This document shows, piece after piece, positions 59,796-64,000 of a stretch of DNA of 64,000 nt. Made by a program: the position numbers and the translations under genes. Numbering within the stretch: position 1 is the stretch's first letter; the number at the start of each line of letters is the position of its first letter. Origin of the DNA: Phycisphaerae bacterium (GTDB lineage Bacteria > Planctomycetota > Phycisphaerae > UBA1845); the NCBI GenBank assembly GCA_029260075.1, contig JAJDDY010000039.1:6052-70051 (forward strand). Direction: 5' to 3'. The notes beneath the pieces are model-generated. The model searched no databases and was not told where the DNA came from. It saw only the letters and a list, made by a program, of their open reading frames with translations.

Positions 59796-61985
59796 ATGAC
59801 GTATAATCCAGTGCTTTCGACTACTCGCCGCTCGGCCGCCTGGTGCGTTCTCTGCCTCCTGCCCACGTGGTTTGGCGGGTGCGCCGCACCGAAGAGAATT
59901 CTCCCACTGGCGGCTGACCGGTATCGGATTGACGTCGAGCTAGACACCGAGTCTCACCGCTTGGTCGGGCACGCAGCGATGGACCTCAGGCTGGCTACGG
60001 GTGAGGAGTCCGCGCAAGATGGTCCGTGCACCGTCGAGTTGGTCTTGCACCCCGATCTTCGAATCAACGATGTCCACGTCAGCGGAGCGTCTGGGCGATA
60101 CCTTGGGACGCGGTACCGCCGCCGAGGTGATGGGCCGAAGGCGCCGCGCGTCCACCTCATTCGGCTGGAAAAACCTGTGGCTCGGCTGTCCTTGTCGGTG
60201 GACTATGAAGGGGCGTTGTTTCAGGATGTGTCCGCCGGTGAAGTGGCCGGCGCGATCCACAATCTTAGCATGCGCGCTCACATCGGCGAGGATGGAATCT
60301 ACCTTGCCGGCGGACCCTGGTATCCGACGCCCGGCGGCACCGCTGATTCAGACCCCACACTTTCCGACTTCGTGCTGGTGACCCACCCCGTCACCGGTAT
60401 GGTCCTTGCCGCCGGCGCCGAGCGTGACCAACGCGACGGCGACGTCGGCGATTCGATCACGTGGCGTTCGCCCTATCCGATCGAAGATTTGGTGCTTGTG
60501 GGTGGACCGCACGAAGTGCACGAAGCTGAACACAACGGCGTGGCGATTCGCCTGCACCTCAAGCCGTCGCAGGCGGAATATGCAAGCGGATTGATCGAAG
60601 CCGTTCGGCGATACCTGGATCGATACACGCCACTCTTCGGACCGTATCCGGCAGGCGAGTTCAAGATCGTCGACAATTTCTTCAGCAGCGGATTCGCCTT
60701 TCCGACGTTCACGCTGCTCAACTCCATGGTCATCAACATGGGAGAGCGTTCGCAGACGGCGCACGGGTACATCGACCACGAAATGCTGCACTGCTGGTGG
60801 GGCAACGGCGTACACGTGGACCCGCGTGACGGCAACTGGTGCGAAGCACTGGCAAGCTATGGGGCGAATTATTACGGTCACGTTCTCGATGGGAACGAGG
60901 ATGAGGCCCGACGTAAGCGGCGTAATTACTGTCACTTTCTAAGCCGGATGAAACCCGAGGACGACCGACCGCTCGGCACGTACGGTCAACCCGACGGATG
61001 CGGTCGGGGCATCGCCTACAAAAAGGGGGCGATGGTGTTCCACATGCTGGCTGAAAAAATCGGCCGTGAGAATTTTTTTGCGGCGCTACGCCGCATGACG
61101 GATGAGTACACCGGGCGTTTTGCATCGTGGGATGTCATCCGCCGGTTATGCGAGGAAACCGGCGACATTTCACTCGACGCCTTCTTCCAACAGTGGGTAC
61201 GTTCGTCCGGAGCGCCACGTCTGTCGATCGACACGGCTCGGTATGACACGGAGACCAGAACACTTCTCGTCGAGCTCCGACAAGAGGGCACGGATTTTGA
61301 ACTCGACGTGCCCGTGCGCATCTATATGGACGGGTCGACGAAGGACGTGGTCATTCCGTTGCGCTCCGGGTCGCTAACCGACGGCGAAACGACGTTGCGA
61401 TCGATACCTCTGTCGCATGCCCCTTCGGGCGTCGAAATGGATCCGGACTACAATCTCTTCCGGCAGGTCGAGGCGGACGACATCATTCCTACCACGGCTA
61501 CGACGCGGCGCGGCGAAGCGTTCGCCTGCGTGATGCCAGCCGGCACGCCACACGAATCGTACGAATCCATCGCGTCGTATTTTCGATCGAGTTTTGAGGA
61601 AGAAGAACGATTGGCGGTGACGGCTGGTTCTGTAAAACGCGGTGTGCTCAACGAGCGGTCGGTACTGATTCTCGGCGCAGCCGTTGATGACGCCTACGTC
61701 GATGCCTATCTGGGTGCCCTAAGTTTTCCGGTTCGGTTTCAGGAAGAAGGGTTCGTGTTCGAGGGCGTCACGTATTCCGACCCGTCCGACGCCGTGCTCT
61801 GTACGATCCGACATCCCGATGTGACTGGCGGTGTGACGGTGGTGTACGCCAACAGCGACGACGCCATTCCGAGTCCGATGGGTGTGCCCATGTACGACCG
61901 CAGCCTGGTCATTTTCAAGAACAAAAAGCCTGTGCTCCGCCGAGATTTTGAGCGCCGACGAATGGTCTCGGTGATGCGGGATTAG
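59796..61985 (+). CDS. M1 family metallo-aminopeptidase, probable lipoprotein
   Basis: FGGC lipobox-like; HEMLHCWWG...NWCEAL, YKKGAMVFHML. Confidence 0.88.
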   Translation: MTYNPVLSTTRRSAAWCVLCLLPTWFGGCAAPKRILPLAADRYRIDVELDTESHRLVGHAAMDLRLATGEESAQDGPCTVELVLHPDLRINDVHVSGASGRYLGTRYRRRGDGPKAPRVHLIRLEKPVARLSLSVDYEGALFQDVSAGEVAGAIHNLSMRAHIGEDGIYLAGGPWYPTPGGTADSDPTLSDFVLVTHPVTGMVLAAGAERDQRDGDVGDSITWRSPYPIEDLVLVGGPHEVHEAEHNGVAIRLHLKPSQAEYASGLIEAVRRYLDRYTPLFGPYPAGEFKIVDNFFSSGFAFPTFTLLNSMVINMGERSQTAHGYIDHEMLHCWWGNGVHVDPRDGNWCEALASYGANYYGHVLDGNEDEARRKRRNYCHFLSRMKPEDDRPLGTYGQPDGCGRGIAYKKGAMVFHMLAEKIGRENFFAALRRMTDEYTGRFASWDVIRRLCEETGDISLDAFFQQWVRSSGAPRLSIDTARYDTETRTLLVELRQEGTDFELDVPVRIYMDGSTKDVVIPLRSGSLTDGETTLRSIPLSHAPSGVEMDPDYNLFRQVEADDIIPTTATTRRGEAFACVMPAGTPHESYESIASYFRSSFEEEERLAVTAGSVKRGVLNERSVLILGAAVDDAYVDAYLGALSFPVRFQEEGFVFEGVTYSDPSDAVLCTIRHPDVTGGVTVVYANSDDAIPSPMGVPMYDRSLVIFKNKKPVLRRDFERRRMVSVMRD

Positions 61986-62381
61986 CGTTGCGTCACCCAT
62001 CCTCACCACAATCCGGTACATACTCTCCCGCGCGTGCAGCTTATGCACTGTTGTCGCACTAACGCAACACGCCATATCGGCGCGGGGACTCATGCGTAGA
62101 AATACTGCGTCCCTACGCGCATGCGTGCGCCAATCAAGAGCGATTCCTCGCCCACAGACTACGATTGCCGTCGGTCGATTCGGCCTCCGCTGAGTTGACT
62201 ACCGACACGTCGGCGCGTAGGGTAACCGCTGTACCGAATCCGATTTGCGTACGTGTTGGACGCACCATTGGCTGCGTCATATGGCGGCTCGCCTTGCGAA
62301 TCGGATCACGCAAGATACGCTTTGCTTGCTGTCAGTTTTGGAATCTGAACAACGCTCATTTTGTTGCTGGAGAATACGACC

Positions 62382-62993
62382 ATGGCCCACGAACTTCCCG
62401 CTTTGCCCTATGCGTTCGATGCGCTGGAACCGCACATCGATGCCCGGACGATGGAAATCCATCACGACAAACACCACGCTGCCTACATCAATAAGCTGAA
62501 CGCCGCGCTCGAAGCCCACCCGGACCTGCAATCGAAGAGTGTCGAAGAACTGCTGAGTGGGATGGAGACGCTCCCGGACAGTGTTCGCGGCGCTGTGACC
62601 AACCACGGTGGCGGTCACCTTAACCACACGATTTTCTGGCAGAACATGAGTCCCAACGGCGGTGGCGCTCCAAGCGGTGACCTGGCTGAGGCGATCAACA
62701 AAGCGTTCGGTGGGTTTGATGACTTCAAGTCCAAGTTCGCTGCGGCTGCCGGCGGTCGATTCGGTAGCGGTTGGGCTTGGCTTTGCTGCGACAAGGCGGG
62801 TCAACTTGTCGTGAAGGATTTTCCGAATCAGAATAGCCCGCTCGCCGAAGGGTTCAAGCCGCTGCTCGGGCTCGACGTTTGGGAGCATGCGTACTACCTC
62901 AACTACCAAAACCGGCGCCCGGATTACATCACGGCGTGGTGGAACGTGGTGAATTGGTCGGACGTAGCCGCACGATTTTCGTCCGCCAAGTAG
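62382..62993 (+). CDS. sodA: Fe/Mn superoxide dismutase (Mn-type signature)
   Basis: [42 protein letters not shown]. Confidence 0.95.
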   Translation: MAHELPALPYAFDALEPHIDARTMEIHHDKHHAAYINKLNAALEAHPDLQSKSVEELLSGMETLPDSVRGAVTNHGGGHLNHTIFWQNMSPNGGGAPSGDLAEAINKAFGGFDDFKSKFAAAAGGRFGSGWAWLCCDKAGQLVVKDFPNQNSPLAEGFKPLLGLDVWEHAYYLNYQNRRPDYITAWWNVVNWSDVAARFSSAK

Positions 62994-63006
62994 ATGGCTA
63001 AGCGTC

Positions 63007-63166
63007 CTCGTGGTTTGTCACGCGTCAAGTGACGGGTTCGTTTGCTCTGAATTGAGCCGCGACCGTGAGGGAGCGTTTTCAAGATGTCACGACCGGATTT
63101 CAAGCATCCGCTTCCTTACGGGCGCGGCTCCGAAAGCCCGTGAGTCAATGTGTGACAGCGCACTGC
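63007..63166. mobile_element. MITE-like element family A copy
   Basis: TGGTTTGTCAC...GTGACAGCGCA ends with REP doublet core. Confidence 0.72.
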
Positions 63167-63322
63167 CGCGTCGCCAGACTTCATTCTGCGGGTTGATATT
63201 CGCAACGTTGCGCGTGCCACACTGCGGCACGGAGTCGGCGCCGTCGTCCGGCGGAAGTGAACAGGGTAAGAGACGCCGTCGCTGGTCAAACGTTGCCGGC
63301 GTTTCCCGGTGCGGACGAAGCC

Positions 63323-64000
63323 GTGGCACGCAACGATCAACCAGCTTGGACGCCCGACCTACTCGACGCGCCGCACGCGGCGCCGGACAAGTCCGCCCGT
63401 GTGCGGCGGATGTTCAATTCGATCGCACGCCGCTACGAATTGGTCAACTCGCTCACCAGCGCTGGACGTGACCGAGCCTGGCGCCGCCGAGCCGTATGTC
63501 TCGCGACCATCAGGTCTGACGATGTGGTTCTCGACGTAGCATGCGGGACCGGCGATTTCGCCCGTACGTTCGCATCCGCGGGTGCAGAACTCGTGGTTGG
63601 GTGCGACTTCGCGCGCGCGATGTTGACCCTGGCCGTCGGCCGGTCTGACGCCACGTCGCGTTGGTGTGAGGGCGACGCGCTCCGCCTGCCCTTTCGATCC
63701 GGTTCGTTTAGTGTGGCTTCGTGTGCGTTCGGTGTGCGTAACTTCGCCGACCTTGATCGCGGTCTGGCTGAGTTGCACCGCGTACTTGGTCCTGGCGGTC
63801 GCGCCGTCATTCTGGAATTCTCTCGTCCCAAGAACCGCATCGCCCGATGGTTTTGCGAGCTCTATACCCGCCGCATCATGCCGGTCGCCGCCGGGTTCAT
63901 CAGCCGCGATCGCGAGGGGGCCTATCGCTATCTTCCGCAGTCGGTGTTATCGTTCGTCGACGTCGAAGAATTGTGCGAGCGGCTTGGCCGCGCCGGCTTC
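63323..64000 (+). CDS. UbiE/MenG quinone biosynthesis methyltransferase (3'-truncated by window edge)
   Basis: Manual translation: VRRMFNSIARRYELVN, VLDVACGTGD, GDALRLPF, FGVRN, ILEFS, AYRYLPQSV; alternative GTG start at 63257. Confidence 0.92.
   Translation, partial: MARNDQPAWTPDLLDAPHAAPDKSARVRRMFNSIARRYELVNSLTSAGRDRAWRRRAVCLATIRSDDVVLDVACGTGDFARTFASAGAELVVGCDFARAMLTLAVGRSDATSRWCEGDALRLPFRSGSFSVASCAFGVRNFADLDRGLAELHRVLGPGGRAVILEFSRPKNRIARWFCELYTRRIMPVAAGFISRDREGAYRYLPQSVLSFVDVEELCERLGRAGF

Overview
High-GC bacterial chromosomal segment, most likely Planctomycetota/Phycisphaerae (inferred from the giant fused SecDF, DUF2617-like gene, CxxCGYDLRG-x-RCPECG membrane protein and repeat families). 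Most of it is housekeeping or conserved accessory genes: a MoxR/DUF58/BatABCDE operon, LPS-core kinase and glycosyltransferase, thiolase+DUF35, birA, ygfZ, rsfS, argS, secDF, thiE, glyA, rex, rlmN, tRNA-Ile2(CAT), folP, infA, an M1 peptidase, sodA and a partial ubiE/menG. Main points of interest: (1) a small accessory patch at ~21.7-24.2 kb with an Rhs remnant, a stand-alone protein resembling EF-G domain IV and a REP-flanked RAYT transposase; (2) an exported leader ORF ending in HAPP directly upstream of secDF, a candidate secretion-monitor arrest peptide; (3) a solitary ABC-type ATPase-TOPRIM (OLD/PARIS-like) gene; (4) many palindromic repeat families, including ~155-bp CTAG-bounded MITE-like elements and REPs lying in frame at the 5' end of two Bat-operon genes; (5) a candidate structured RNA at ~19.07-19.22 kb. 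All calls come from reading motifs by eye; no database searches were run, and several start codons are estimates.
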